Origin: an uncultured virus (IMG/VR IMGVR_UViG_3300038393_002953)
Lineage: Duplodnaviria; Heunggongvirae; Uroviricota; Caudoviricetes
Virus record (IMG/VR): IMGVR_UViG_3300038393_002953
DNA: 64,000 bases
Direction: 5' to 3' (one strand)
The notes beneath the pieces were generated by a model. That model made no database searches and was not told where the DNA came from. It saw only the letters and a program-made list of their open reading frames with translations. Both the position numbers and the translations under genes were made by a program. Every line of letters starts with the position of its first letter. The first letter of the stretch is position 1. This document shows positions 47,995 through 57,069 of the stretch, piece after piece.

Positions 47995-49665
47995 ATGATC
48001 GAGATGCAGGCCAAGCCCTGGAGCCTGTCGGTCGAGGTCGCCTTCAAGCCGTTCCACCCCGCCGCGCGCGAGAAGATGGACGCGTTCAAGACGGCGGGCG
48101 TGGCGTTCTACCACAAGGAACGCAAGGTCTGGTACGTGAAGCTCTCGGCCTTCCTGGCGCTCTACCACGCCATGAGCGACGAGTTCATGGTCAAGCTCTC
48201 GCGCCCGCTGCGCATGCTGGTGGATCTGCACGCCAAGGCCGAGGCGCACGTCTTCAACTTCCCGATCGTCGAGGGGCTCGACAACCTGCTGCTGCCGGGA
48301 TTCTCGTTCATGCAGCACCAGCGCGAGGCGCTCTCCCAGGCGATCTGCCAGTGGCACTACGACCGCAAGGGCACGATCGTCGCGATCCCGGTCGGCGGCG
48401 GCAAGACCATGGTCGGCATGGGCTTCCAGAAGTACACCGGCATGAAGGCGCTGCTGGTCTGCCCCACCTCGATCAAGGCGCAGTGGGCGCGCGAGATCCT
48501 GAAGTTCATTGGCGCGACCTCGGTGGTGATCCCGAACGGCAAGACGCCCCAGCAGCGCGCGAAGATCTGGGCCAAGGCCGCCGAGGAGAACCCCGACTTC
48601 ATCATCTGCAACTTCGAGCAGGTGCGGCTGGACTACGAACACATCCCCCGGCGCGACCTCGTGATCATCGACGAGGCGCACCGCTACAAGAACCCCAAGT
48701 CGAAGAACTCGAAGCAGATGGTCCAGTACCGACGCCACAAGGCGAAGGTCTGCCTGCTGCTGACCGGCACGTTCCTGATCAACGCGAAGCACGACGCCTG
48801 GAACCTGATGCGCCTCGCGGGCTACCCGTTCGAGGACTCCATGAAGAACTTCGAGGAGAAGTATTGCTACGTGGACGAGAAGTTCGGCAAGGTGATCGGC
48901 TGGAAGCCGCAGATCAAGGGCTTCCTGGAGACGCTGCGCAAGGTCACCTACTACCGCTCGAAGGCCGAGCTGATGAAGGACCTGCCGCCGCGCCACGAGA
49001 TCATCCACGAGGTCGAACTCGGGCCCGGCCAGCGCAAGTTCTACGAGCAGATCCGCGCGGGCGAGATCACCTACCTCGACGCGCTGGGCCGCGAGGTCAC
49101 CGACGCGAACCTGAAGGCCGTCTGGGCTCGCTGCGGGCAGGCCGCCGCGATCCCGTCGGTCGTCCGGCTTGAGGACCACGACGGCAACCCGCTCGACATC
49201 AAGGTGCCAGACGAGTCGGCGAAGCTGGACTGGATGAAGGACTTCCTCCAGGACTTCGACGACGACTACATGATCGTCTTCTCGCTCTCGACGCGCGTGC
49301 TGGACGCGATCCAGGCCGCCTTCCCGGACGAGCCCTGGGTGCGCATCGACGGCTCGGTGGACGGCGCGGCGCGCCAGGCCGTGATCGACCAGGCCCGCGA
49401 GAGCGGCAAGGCCTACTTCCTGATCTCCGGCGCGATCAAGGAGGGCGCGAACCTCCAGTTCTGCAACCAGCTCGTCTTCTTCACGCTGCCCATGACAGAC
49501 GCCGATCGCGTCCAGATCGAGGGCCGCATCTGGCGCACCGGCCAGCAACGCCAGTCGAACATCCACTACGTGATCGCGCTCGGCACGACCGACGAGGACC
49601 AGTACCGGATGCTCCAGGCCAAGGGCGATCTGATGGGCTCCTTCGCGGGCCTGCAAGTCGTCTGA
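47995..49665 (+). CDS. SNF2-like SF2 helicase
   Basis: GGGKT, LVCP, IIDEAH, LLTGT, EGANLQ, QIEGRIWR. Confidence 0.9.
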   Translation: MIEMQAKPWSLSVEVAFKPFHPAAREKMDAFKTAGVAFYHKERKVWYVKLSAFLALYHAMSDEFMVKLSRPLRMLVDLHAKAEAHVFNFPIVEGLDNLLLPGFSFMQHQREALSQAICQWHYDRKGTIVAIPVGGGKTMVGMGFQKYTGMKALLVCPTSIKAQWAREILKFIGATSVVIPNGKTPQQRAKIWAKAAEENPDFIICNFEQVRLDYEHIPRRDLVIIDEAHRYKNPKSKNSKQMVQYRRHKAKVCLLLTGTFLINAKHDAWNLMRLAGYPFEDSMKNFEEKYCYVDEKFGKVIGWKPQIKGFLETLRKVTYYRSKAELMKDLPPRHEIIHEVELGPGQRKFYEQIRAGEITYLDALGREVTDANLKAVWARCGQAAAIPSVVRLEDHDGNPLDIKVPDESAKLDWMKDFLQDFDDDYMIVFSLSTRVLDAIQAAFPDEPWVRIDGSVDGAARQAVIDQARESGKAYFLISGAIKEGANLQFCNQLVFFTLPMTDADRVQIEGRIWRTGQQRQSNIHYVIALGTTDEDQYRMLQAKGDLMGSFAGLQVV

Positions 49666-49696
49666 CCCCCGCCCCATTCCTACCAGGAGAAACGCC

Positions 49697-50734
49697 ATGA
49701 TCTACGACGTCATCATCATCGGCGGCGGTCCCGCCGCGTACACCGCCGCGATCTACGCCGCCCGCTACGGCCTCAGCGTGGTCGTGCTGGAGGGCTCTCA
49801 GCCCGGCGGCCAGCTCATGATCACCAAGGCGGTCGAGAACTACCCTGGCTTCGCCAACGGCATCGACGGCCCCGACCTGATGGCCCAGATGCGCGAGCAG
49901 GCCAGCCTCAACGGCGCTGAGCTGCGCACCGCCATGGTGAACGACGTCGCCTTCTCGGAGACGGGCTCCCGCCCGCACTTGATCACGGTCGAGGGCCAGG
50001 CCGAGATCCTGCGCGCCAGGACCGTGATCATCGCCACCGGCGCCAAGGCAAAGTGGCTCGGCATTATGAATGAAGACGCCCTGATGGGTAAGGGCGTCTC
50101 GGCCTGCGCGACCTGCGACGGCTTCTTCTTCCGGGGCAAGGAGGTCGCGGTGATCGGCGGCGGCGACACCGCCTGCGAGGAGGCCGACTTCCTCTCGAAG
50201 CTCTGCTCGAAGGTCACGATGATCCTGCGCGGGCCGAAGTTCCGCGCGAGCAAGGCCATGCAGGACCGCGTGCTGGCGAACCCCAAGATCGAGGTCCTCT
50301 ACAACCGCGCGCCGATCTCGTTCCAGCTCCACGGCTCGAAGCACGGCGGCACCCAAGAGGATCGCCTGGGCGGCATCGCGCTCGCGGACACCACCGCAGG
50401 GCCCAAGGGCTACAGCGATAGCCTGGTCGTCGAGGGCGCCTTCGTGGCGATCGGTCACTCCCCGGCGACAGAGTTCCTGAAGGATCGGGTCGCGTTCGAC
50501 GCCAGCGGCTACATCAAGACCGATGACACCAAGGTGATGCGCCTCGCGGGGAACGCCAACACGTCCTTCTACGCGGTCCTCCCCGGCGTCTTCGCGGCGG
50601 GCGACTGCGCCGATCCCAAATACCGCCAGGCCATCACGGCGGCGGGCGACGGCTGCAAGGCCGCACGCGACGCGCGCGACTACATCGCCGAGGTCGAGGC
50701 CGCCCAGGCCGCCAACGCCCAACAGGGGGCCTGA
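49697..50734 (+). CDS. trxB: Thioredoxin reductase
   Basis: GGGPA, ENYPGF, CATCDG, GGGDTACEEA, GVFAAGD, YRQAITAAG. Confidence 0.97.
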   Translation: MIYDVIIIGGGPAAYTAAIYAARYGLSVVVLEGSQPGGQLMITKAVENYPGFANGIDGPDLMAQMREQASLNGAELRTAMVNDVAFSETGSRPHLITVEGQAEILRARTVIIATGAKAKWLGIMNEDALMGKGVSACATCDGFFFRGKEVAVIGGGDTACEEADFLSKLCSKVTMILRGPKFRASKAMQDRVLANPKIEVLYNRAPISFQLHGSKHGGTQEDRLGGIALADTTAGPKGYSDSLVVEGAFVAIGHSPATEFLKDRVAFDASGYIKTDDTKVMRLAGNANTSFYAVLPGVFAAGDCADPKYRQAITAAGDGCKAARDARDYIAEVEAAQAANAQQGA

Positions 50735-50973
50735 TGCACGACAAGATCACCCAGCGCATCCACCGCGCCGAGCAGTTCCTGGATAACGCGGCGGCCACGC
50801 TGGACAAGCGCGACCTCGGCTCGACCCGCCTCCGGCTGGAAGCGGCGGCGCTGGAGATCCGCTCAGCGCTCGACGACCTCGCCAAGGCCCAGCACATCGA
50901 GTACGTCTACGCGGAAGACAGGGCCTGCGAGTGCAGCACGCTGGGTGTCTTCGGATGCTCGGTTCATCACTAG
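50734..50973 (+). CDS. Hypothetical protein
   Basis: 79 aa, TGATG-coupled to trxB. Confidence 0.65.
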   Translation: MHDKITQRIHRAEQFLDNAAATLDKRDLGSTRLRLEAAALEIRSALDDLAKAQHIEYVYAEDRACECSTLGVFGCSVHH

Positions 50974-50996
50974 GCACCCAGCTTCCTGGACCTGAA

Positions 50997-51034
50997 GCGA
51001 GCCGCTCGGATCATCGTCGATCCGGGCGGCTCGC
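50997..51034. terminator. Long hairpin between convergent genes
   Basis: GCGAGCCGCTCGGAT/ATCCGGGCGGCTCGC. Confidence 0.75.
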
Positions 51035-51063
51035 TGGGTGAATATGGGTTATCGCTGAGTTGA

Positions 51064-52143
51064 TTATACCCGCGCGGCGGAGAGAATACTCCTGGGCACC
51101 ACGATCGCCTGGGGGATCACCCGGGGCGCGGCGACGGGGCGCGAGCGGGCATCTTCCTCCAGGGCGGTGATCGTGCTGGCGAGCTTGTCGATAGTCTGGC
51201 CGTACTCCAGGCACTGCTGGCGCAGGCGCTCGATCTCCTCGTGCTGCTTCGTGATCAGGGCGAGCGCGCGCTCGGGCGTGATCACCTCGACGTCGCCATC
51301 GACCGGCCCCACGACGATCGGCGCGGTCTCGACCACCCTGACGTCCTGGAGTTCGCGGAGCAGCGCGAGCCCATCGACTTCCGCGTCGGCCTGGACGGGC
51401 TGGGCCTCGATCTGCGCGGCGACGCGCGGCGAGAACCGCGCCAGGCCCGCCGCCGTCAGGAAGTAGCGGTTGCGCTTGTGGCGATCGCCCACGGGCTCGT
51501 CCTCAGAGGCGAGGTAATGCCGGTAGCTCTTGGTGCCGATGATGTGGAAGAGGACGTCCCGCAGCAACTGTTTGCCGTTGGCGCCGTAGGCCTCGCCGCG
51601 AGCATCCAGCCCATCCTGGAAGGCTTGCTGCGTGAAGGGGAACTCGCCGAAGCGGCGACCGACGAAGCCCAGCACCAGATCGAAGACGCGATCGCGATCG
51701 TGGGCCACCCTGGCGATAGCCGCGCGGGTCAGCGCGCCATCCGTGCCGATCGCCAGGTCCGCTACGCCGTGACCCTTGACGAAGTGAGCGACGCCCTTGG
51801 GAGTCAGGCTGTAGTAGCAGAACCAGCCCGACACACCCTTGACGGTCTCGCGACCGGAAGTCGTCAGCAGGTCGGCCATGTGCTTGCGCTGCGAGAGGCG
51901 GCGGGCCACCTCGTCCAGGCGCGACTCGCCTTCGGGGCCGTAGCAGGCATCTTTGGCGTAGCCGAGCGCGGTGCGGAGATCCTCGGCGGTGAAGCGGCGC
52001 GCGCCGAAATTGCGGGCGACGAAGCCCATGACGAGGTTCTTCACGCCGCGCTTGTCGTGGATGTTCGCCCGGATGGCTTCCATGGTCATCATGGCGTCCA
52101 CGGGGTCGTAGCTCGGCGAGGTGGGGGTAACGTTCAGAGACAT
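51064..52143 (-). CDS. Putative DNA-binding protein with two internal repeats and C-terminal coiled coil
   Basis: LVMGFVARNFG...YSLTPKG and LVLGFVGRRFG...YFLTAAG. Confidence 0.65.
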   Translation of the reverse strand: MSLNVTPTSPSYDPVDAMMTMEAIRANIHDKRGVKNLVMGFVARNFGARRFTAEDLRTALGYAKDACYGPEGESRLDEVARRLSQRKHMADLLTTSGRETVKGVSGWFCYYSLTPKGVAHFVKGHGVADLAIGTDGALTRAAIARVAHDRDRVFDLVLGFVGRRFGEFPFTQQAFQDGLDARGEAYGANGKQLLRDVLFHIIGTKSYRHYLASEDEPVGDRHKRNRYFLTAAGLARFSPRVAAQIEAQPVQADAEVDGLALLRELQDVRVVETAPIVVGPVDGDVEVITPERALALITKQHEEIERLRQQCLEYGQTIDKLASTITALEEDARSRPVAAPRVIPQAIVVPRSILSAARV

Positions 52144-52153
52144 GGGTAGCTCC

Positions 52154-53137
52154 TTATTCGTGGTCGCGCCAGCCGCCCAGGCGGTGGCAGGCGATGTTGA
52201 AGGCGGTCTGGTTGCCGTCGTTTCCGACGAACTTGAGGCCCAGCTTGGCGGCGGCGACGCCCGCCGCGCACGAGCCGAAGAAGGGGTCGGCCACGACGTC
52301 GCCGGGGTCGGTCACCATCGAGAACAGGTATCGCATCAGGCCGACCGGCTTCTGCGCGGGGTAGCTGCTCGCGGTGTCGGGGTTCCCGTCCTTGTCCTTG
52401 GTGTGGTACCAGTAGTGCCCGTCCGGCGCGAGCCATTTCTCGGCGTCCTGGATGTACCATTTCTCGGCGTCGCTCGCGGTCGGGTGCGTGATGATCGTCT
52501 TGACCTGCGTGGGTTTGGTGGCGACGTAGCGCTCGCCGCAGTAAGGGCAGAACGTGTGTCCTGCCTTGCCGACCCGCCCGCACTTCGACTTCTTGCAGTA
52601 GGGGATCCGGTTAGCATGCTTGATGGCATCGTAGTTGAATTTGTGCAGCAGCTTGCCGCCAGGCCCCTTGCCGGGCGTGGCCCAGAGGATCGTCTCGTGG
52701 TCGTCCGTGAGCTGGCGGCAGCCGAAGTTCGGCGGCGGCGCGGGCTTCTCCCAGACGATCTCGTTCAGGATGTGGAAGCCCAGTTTCTGCATGGCGAACG
52801 CGATCGAGCCGATGCAGTGGTGCGTGCCCGAGATGAAGATCGAGCCGGTGGGCTTGAGGACGCGCTGGGCCTCGGTCAGGAATTCCAGGAAGAACGCATG
52901 GTCGTTCTCGGGTCCCCGGGAGACGTCCCAGTCGCCCTTGTGGACGCTGACGCGGCGACCGCCGTGGACCGTCGTGCCGCCGTTGGAGAGCAGGTAGGGC
53001 GGATCGGTGTTGATCGCGTCGAGCGACGCGTCCTCCAGCGAGCGCATCATCTGGATCGAGTCGCCCCGGGTCAGCGTGGCGTCGCCGACGGTCCGGCGCT
53101 CCTGACACCAGTCAGGCAGTGGTGGCGTCTTCTGCAT
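52154..53137 (-). CDS. DNA N6-adenine/N4-cytosine methyltransferase with Zn-ribbon insertion
   Basis: TDPPY, EIVWEKP, YPAQKP, DPFFGS; CKKSKC...CPYC insert. Confidence 0.9.
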   Translation of the reverse strand: MQKTPPLPDWCQERRTVGDATLTRGDSIQMMRSLEDASLDAINTDPPYLLSNGGTTVHGGRRVSVHKGDWDVSRGPENDHAFFLEFLTEAQRVLKPTGSIFISGTHHCIGSIAFAMQKLGFHILNEIVWEKPAPPPNFGCRQLTDDHETILWATPGKGPGGKLLHKFNYDAIKHANRIPYCKKSKCGRVGKAGHTFCPYCGERYVATKPTQVKTIITHPTASDAEKWYIQDAEKWLAPDGHYWYHTKDKDGNPDTASSYPAQKPVGLMRYLFSMVTDPGDVVADPFFGSCAAGVAAAKLGLKFVGNDGNQTAFNIACHRLGGWRDHE

Positions 53138-53267
53138 TCGCGTCCCTTCCTTTGGCACGGCGCATTCATAATGGTTCCGCTCGTAGATGGCGTGAAGCCT
53201 GTGGCGGCAAGGGTCTCGGGGCGGCGCCGTCGCTCTCTTACCCGAATATATCCATCATATCACGGTC

Positions 53268-53296
53268 TTGATCTGTCGGGAAGGGCGTGATAACAT
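53268..53296 (+). promoter_or_regulatory. Promoter of dnaE
   Basis: TTGATC-17-TAACAT with extended TG. Confidence 0.6.
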
Positions 53297-53327
53297 CTGG
53301 AAAGCAAAGGCTGTTCAGGAGAACCAC

Positions 53328-55925
53328 ATGAAGCGGCGATTCGTTCACCTCCACGGGCATTCCCAATATTCGCTCCAGGACGGCGCGAGCCGCATCGACA
53401 AGCTGGTGGGCGCGGTGGTGGCGAACGGCATGGACGCGGTGGCGCTGACCGACCACGGCGTCATGTACGGCTCGCTGGAGTTCTACAAGGAAGCGCAGAA
53501 GAAGGGCATCAAGCCCATCATCGGCTGCGAGGCCTATATCTGCAAGAATCGTAACGAAAAGGTCGGCGGCAACAAGAAGGACCACGAGAACCGCACCTAC
53601 CACCTGGTGCTGCTGGCGGAGAACAAGAAGGGCTACCTGAACCTGTTGAAGATGGTCTCGGAGGCCAACACCCGGGGCTTCTACTCCAAGCCGCGCATCG
53701 ACCACGGCCTGCTCTACGAGTGCCGAGAGGGTATCATCGCGCTTTCGGCCTGCCTGGGCGGCGAGGTCTCGCAGCACCTGCTCAAGGGCGACTACGAGCG
53801 CGCCAAGGCGATCGCGATCTACTACGATCAGCTCATGGGGCGCGGCAACTACTTCCTGGAGATGCAGGACCACGGCATCGAACTCCAGCGCCAGGTCAAC
53901 GACATGCTGCGCCGCATCTCCGTCGAGACTGGGATCCCGCTCGTCGTGACCAACGACTACCACTACGTCGAGCATGGGCACCACAAGCACCACTGCGCGC
54001 ACGTCTGCTCGGGCCAGCGCAAGACGGTCAACGACCCCACGGCCTACGAGGCCTACTCGACCAAGCAGTTCTACATCAAGAGCCCCGAGGAGATGTGGGC
54101 GATCTTCCCCAACGACCCCGAGGCGCTGCTGAACACCGTGCGCATCGCGGACCGCTGCAACGTGCTGGTCGAGATGGGCAAGTATATCCTGCCGGATTTC
54201 CCGGTTCCGGAAGGTTACACCGAATCTTCCTACATGCGCAAGCTCGCTTGGGAGGGCCTCGCGATTCGAGGGCTCGACCAGGACCCCGCCTGCCGGGAGC
54301 GCCTCACCTACGAGCTGGACATGATCGACCAGATGGGCTTCCCGGGTTACTTCCTGATCGTCCAGGACTTCATCAACTGGGCGCGCGGCAAAGACATCCC
54401 CGTGGGGCCAGGGCGCGGCTCTTGCGCTGGCTCGCTCGCGGCTTATTGTCTCCAGATCACCGACATCGAACCGCTCAAGTACGACCTTCTCTTCGAGCGC
54501 TTCCTCAATCCGGACCGCATCTCGATGCCCGATATCGATACGGACTTCTGCATCGAGCGGCGCGGCGAGGTGATCCAGTACGTCCAGGACAAGTACGGCG
54601 CCGACAAGGTGTCCGGCATCGGCGCGATCGGCACGCTCGCGGTCAAGGCCTCGATCAAGGACGTGGGCCGCGTCTTCGGCTTCGACTTCCAGACCATGAA
54701 CCGCGTCTCGAAGCTCGTGCCCGACGGCCCCAACCACACCTGGGACGATCCCGACGTCGCGGGCGAAGGCTCCGAGCTGATGAAGGTCTGCAAGAACGAC
54801 CCTCGGCTCATGGAGGTCGTCGAGCTGGCGAAGGAACTCGGCCCGCGCCGCAAGGACGGCAAGGAGACCAAGGGTATCGCGCGCAACATCTCGAAGCACG
54901 CGGCGGGCGTGATCATCGGCTCAGATCCGCTGGAGACCTGCGTGCCGCTGTTCTTCGACCGCAAGAGCGCCTCGACGATCCCGAACACGCAGTGGGACAT
55001 GGTGTGGAGCGAGAAGCTCGGCCTGGTCAAGATGGACTTCCTCGGGCTGCGCAACCTGACGGTCATGCGCAAGGCCCGCGACATCATCCACCAGTCCACC
55101 GGCGCCTGGATCGACCTGCGCACGCTGCCGCTGGACGACCCCAAGGTCTACGACCTCTTCAAGGCGGGCGATCTGCTGGGCATCTTCCAGGTCGAGGGCG
55201 AGGGCATCTCAGAGGTCGCGCAGCAGATCGCGCCGACCAACATGGAAGAGATCGGCGCCATCCTGGCGCTCTACCGCCCGGGCCCGATGGACTCCGGCGC
55301 CATGCAGGAGTACATCGACCGCAAGGCGGGGCGCAAGTCCGTCTCCTACGACCACCCGGATCTGGAGCCGATCCTCAAGAAAACCTACGGCTGCATGATC
55401 TACCAGGAGCAGGTCATGCAGACCGCCGTGGCGATCGCGGGCTACACGATGCCGATGGCCGACAACCTGCGCAAGGTAATGGGAAAGAAGGACATGAACA
55501 AGATCGCCGAGGAGTGCGATCGCTTCGTCAAGGGCGCGGTCGCCAAGGGCCACGACGAGACCTGGGCCAAGAAGCTGGCGGACGACATCTCGAAGTTCGC
55601 GCGCTACGGCTTCAACAAGTGCCTGATGGGGGACACGCTGATCCGGGATACGGAGGGCAATGTCCGCACGATCCGTGAGATGTGGGAGACGCCACCGCCC
55701 AAGGGCACCAAGCTGCACAGCGTCACGCCCGAGGGCCAGGTGGTCGAGAACGACTTCATCGAGGCGTTCCCTACGGGCAAGAGGAAGGTGGTCCGCGTGA
55801 AGACGCGCGACGGTCGGGTGGTCGAGTGTACGCCGGATCACAAGTTCCTGACCCCGGACGGAACGTACAAGACCATCGCCGAGATCGGTGTCGGAGGCCA
55901 GATCGTTGCGGCAAAGCTTGATTGA
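53328..55925 (+). CDS. dnaE: DNA polymerase III alpha N-terminal part fused to split intein N-half
   Basis: PHP HLHGHS/TDHG, GPGRGS, MPDIDTDF, KMDFLGL, YGFNK then CLMGDT...TPDHKF and stop. Confidence 0.95.
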   Translation: MKRRFVHLHGHSQYSLQDGASRIDKLVGAVVANGMDAVALTDHGVMYGSLEFYKEAQKKGIKPIIGCEAYICKNRNEKVGGNKKDHENRTYHLVLLAENKKGYLNLLKMVSEANTRGFYSKPRIDHGLLYECREGIIALSACLGGEVSQHLLKGDYERAKAIAIYYDQLMGRGNYFLEMQDHGIELQRQVNDMLRRISVETGIPLVVTNDYHYVEHGHHKHHCAHVCSGQRKTVNDPTAYEAYSTKQFYIKSPEEMWAIFPNDPEALLNTVRIADRCNVLVEMGKYILPDFPVPEGYTESSYMRKLAWEGLAIRGLDQDPACRERLTYELDMIDQMGFPGYFLIVQDFINWARGKDIPVGPGRGSCAGSLAAYCLQITDIEPLKYDLLFERFLNPDRISMPDIDTDFCIERRGEVIQYVQDKYGADKVSGIGAIGTLAVKASIKDVGRVFGFDFQTMNRVSKLVPDGPNHTWDDPDVAGEGSELMKVCKNDPRLMEVVELAKELGPRRKDGKETKGIARNISKHAAGVIIGSDPLETCVPLFFDRKSASTIPNTQWDMVWSEKLGLVKMDFLGLRNLTVMRKARDIIHQSTGAWIDLRTLPLDDPKVYDLFKAGDLLGIFQVEGEGISEVAQQIAPTNMEEIGAILALYRPGPMDSGAMQEYIDRKAGRKSVSYDHPDLEPILKKTYGCMIYQEQVMQTAVAIAGYTMPMADNLRKVMGKKDMNKIAEECDRFVKGAVAKGHDETWAKKLADDISKFARYGFNKCLMGDTLIRDTEGNVRTIREMWETPPPKGTKLHSVTPEGQVVENDFIEAFPTGKRKVVRVKTRDGRVVECTPDHKFLTPDGTYKTIAEIGVGGQIVAAKLD
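55620..55922 (+). mobile_element. Split intein N-fragment (101 aa)
   Basis: Block A CLMGDTLI and block B ECTPDHKFLT. Confidence 0.92.
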
Positions 55926-57069
55926 CAACCGGGAGCGCGTGATCGCCGTTTACGAGGGCGGCATGACCTGCCGAGAGGTCTGGCAGGCCATGCCGGAACT
56001 CGGCATCTCGCGCGACGCGACGATCGCCAGCGCGCTGCGCGAATGGGGCGTCCAGATGCGTCCCCGTCGCCCAAGGCAGGCGCTGACCGGCCAGCAGGAG
56101 GCGCAGGTCGTCGAGCTTTACCGCTCCGGGCTGTCCGCGCCTCAGATCATTGAGCGACTTGGCCTCTCCGCGTCGGTGGGCCCCATTCATGCGCTGCTGG
56201 ATCGTGCGGGAATCGACGCTCGCGATGCGGGGCATTATAAGAAGGGTCGAGCGCCGGTAAACAAGCGATTGTCTGATGAGATGGAGGGCGCGATGGTGGA
56301 GGCGTACCTCGGTGGGCGATCGGCCCAGCGGGTCGCCGACGACTTCGGCTTCAAGACCGACAAGACGGTGCTGGACGTGCTTCACAAGCGTGGCGTAGCG
56401 GTCAAGGAGGGGTCGCGCGACTACGCGCTCGACTCCTGCTGGCACGAGGCGTTCGCCGACGTTCAGACCGAGGAGCAGGCGTACTGGCTGGGCATGCTGA
56501 TCACCGATGGCTGGATCTCGAAGGCGTCCGAGAAAGACGCATGGCAGGTTGGGCTCCAGCTCAAGGAAAGCGACCTGGCGCACATCGAGAAGTTCAAGGC
56601 ATTCCTGAAGTCTGACTCCAAGATCTCGCGGGTCAAGAAGATCCACGAAGGTAAGACCTACTGGATGTATCGGCTGATGGTCAACTCGCGCCAGATGAAA
56701 CGTGACCTGGAAAAGTACGGCGTCGTCGAGCGGAAGAGCGACAAGACCTTCTTGCCCGAGCTTCGGCCCGATCTGATGCGGCACTTGTTGCGCGGCATTC
56801 TGGATGGAGATGGGTGTATTTTTAGGTCTTACGGCGTTCTTGAAGGTGTCACTTTCTCTGGTTCGGAGTGCCTTGTGCGAACTATCGCTGTGTTGCTGAA
56901 CGCAACGCTAGGGGTTGCGCAGAACAAGGTTCGCGGTAAGGGCATGTGCAAGAGTCACGCCTGGGCTGCCAGGGAGGACGTTTCCAGGATTCTGAATTTC
57001 CTGTATAACGATTGCCATGTCGCTCTTGAGCGTAAGTTCTCTCTTTATAAGGAGTGGTTTGATGCCTGA
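55918..57069 (+). mobile_element. Free-standing LAGLIDADG homing endonuclease with N-terminal HTH-like repeats
   Basis: AYWLGMLITDG and LLRGILDGDG; start uncertain (TTG 55918 or GTG 55888). Confidence 0.9.

Noticed and set aside
45268..49698. 1476-aa minus-strand ORF and many other long alternative-frame ORFs
   Set aside because: Shadow ORFs from high GC3 bias opposite or overlapping clearly identifiable genes; no motifs
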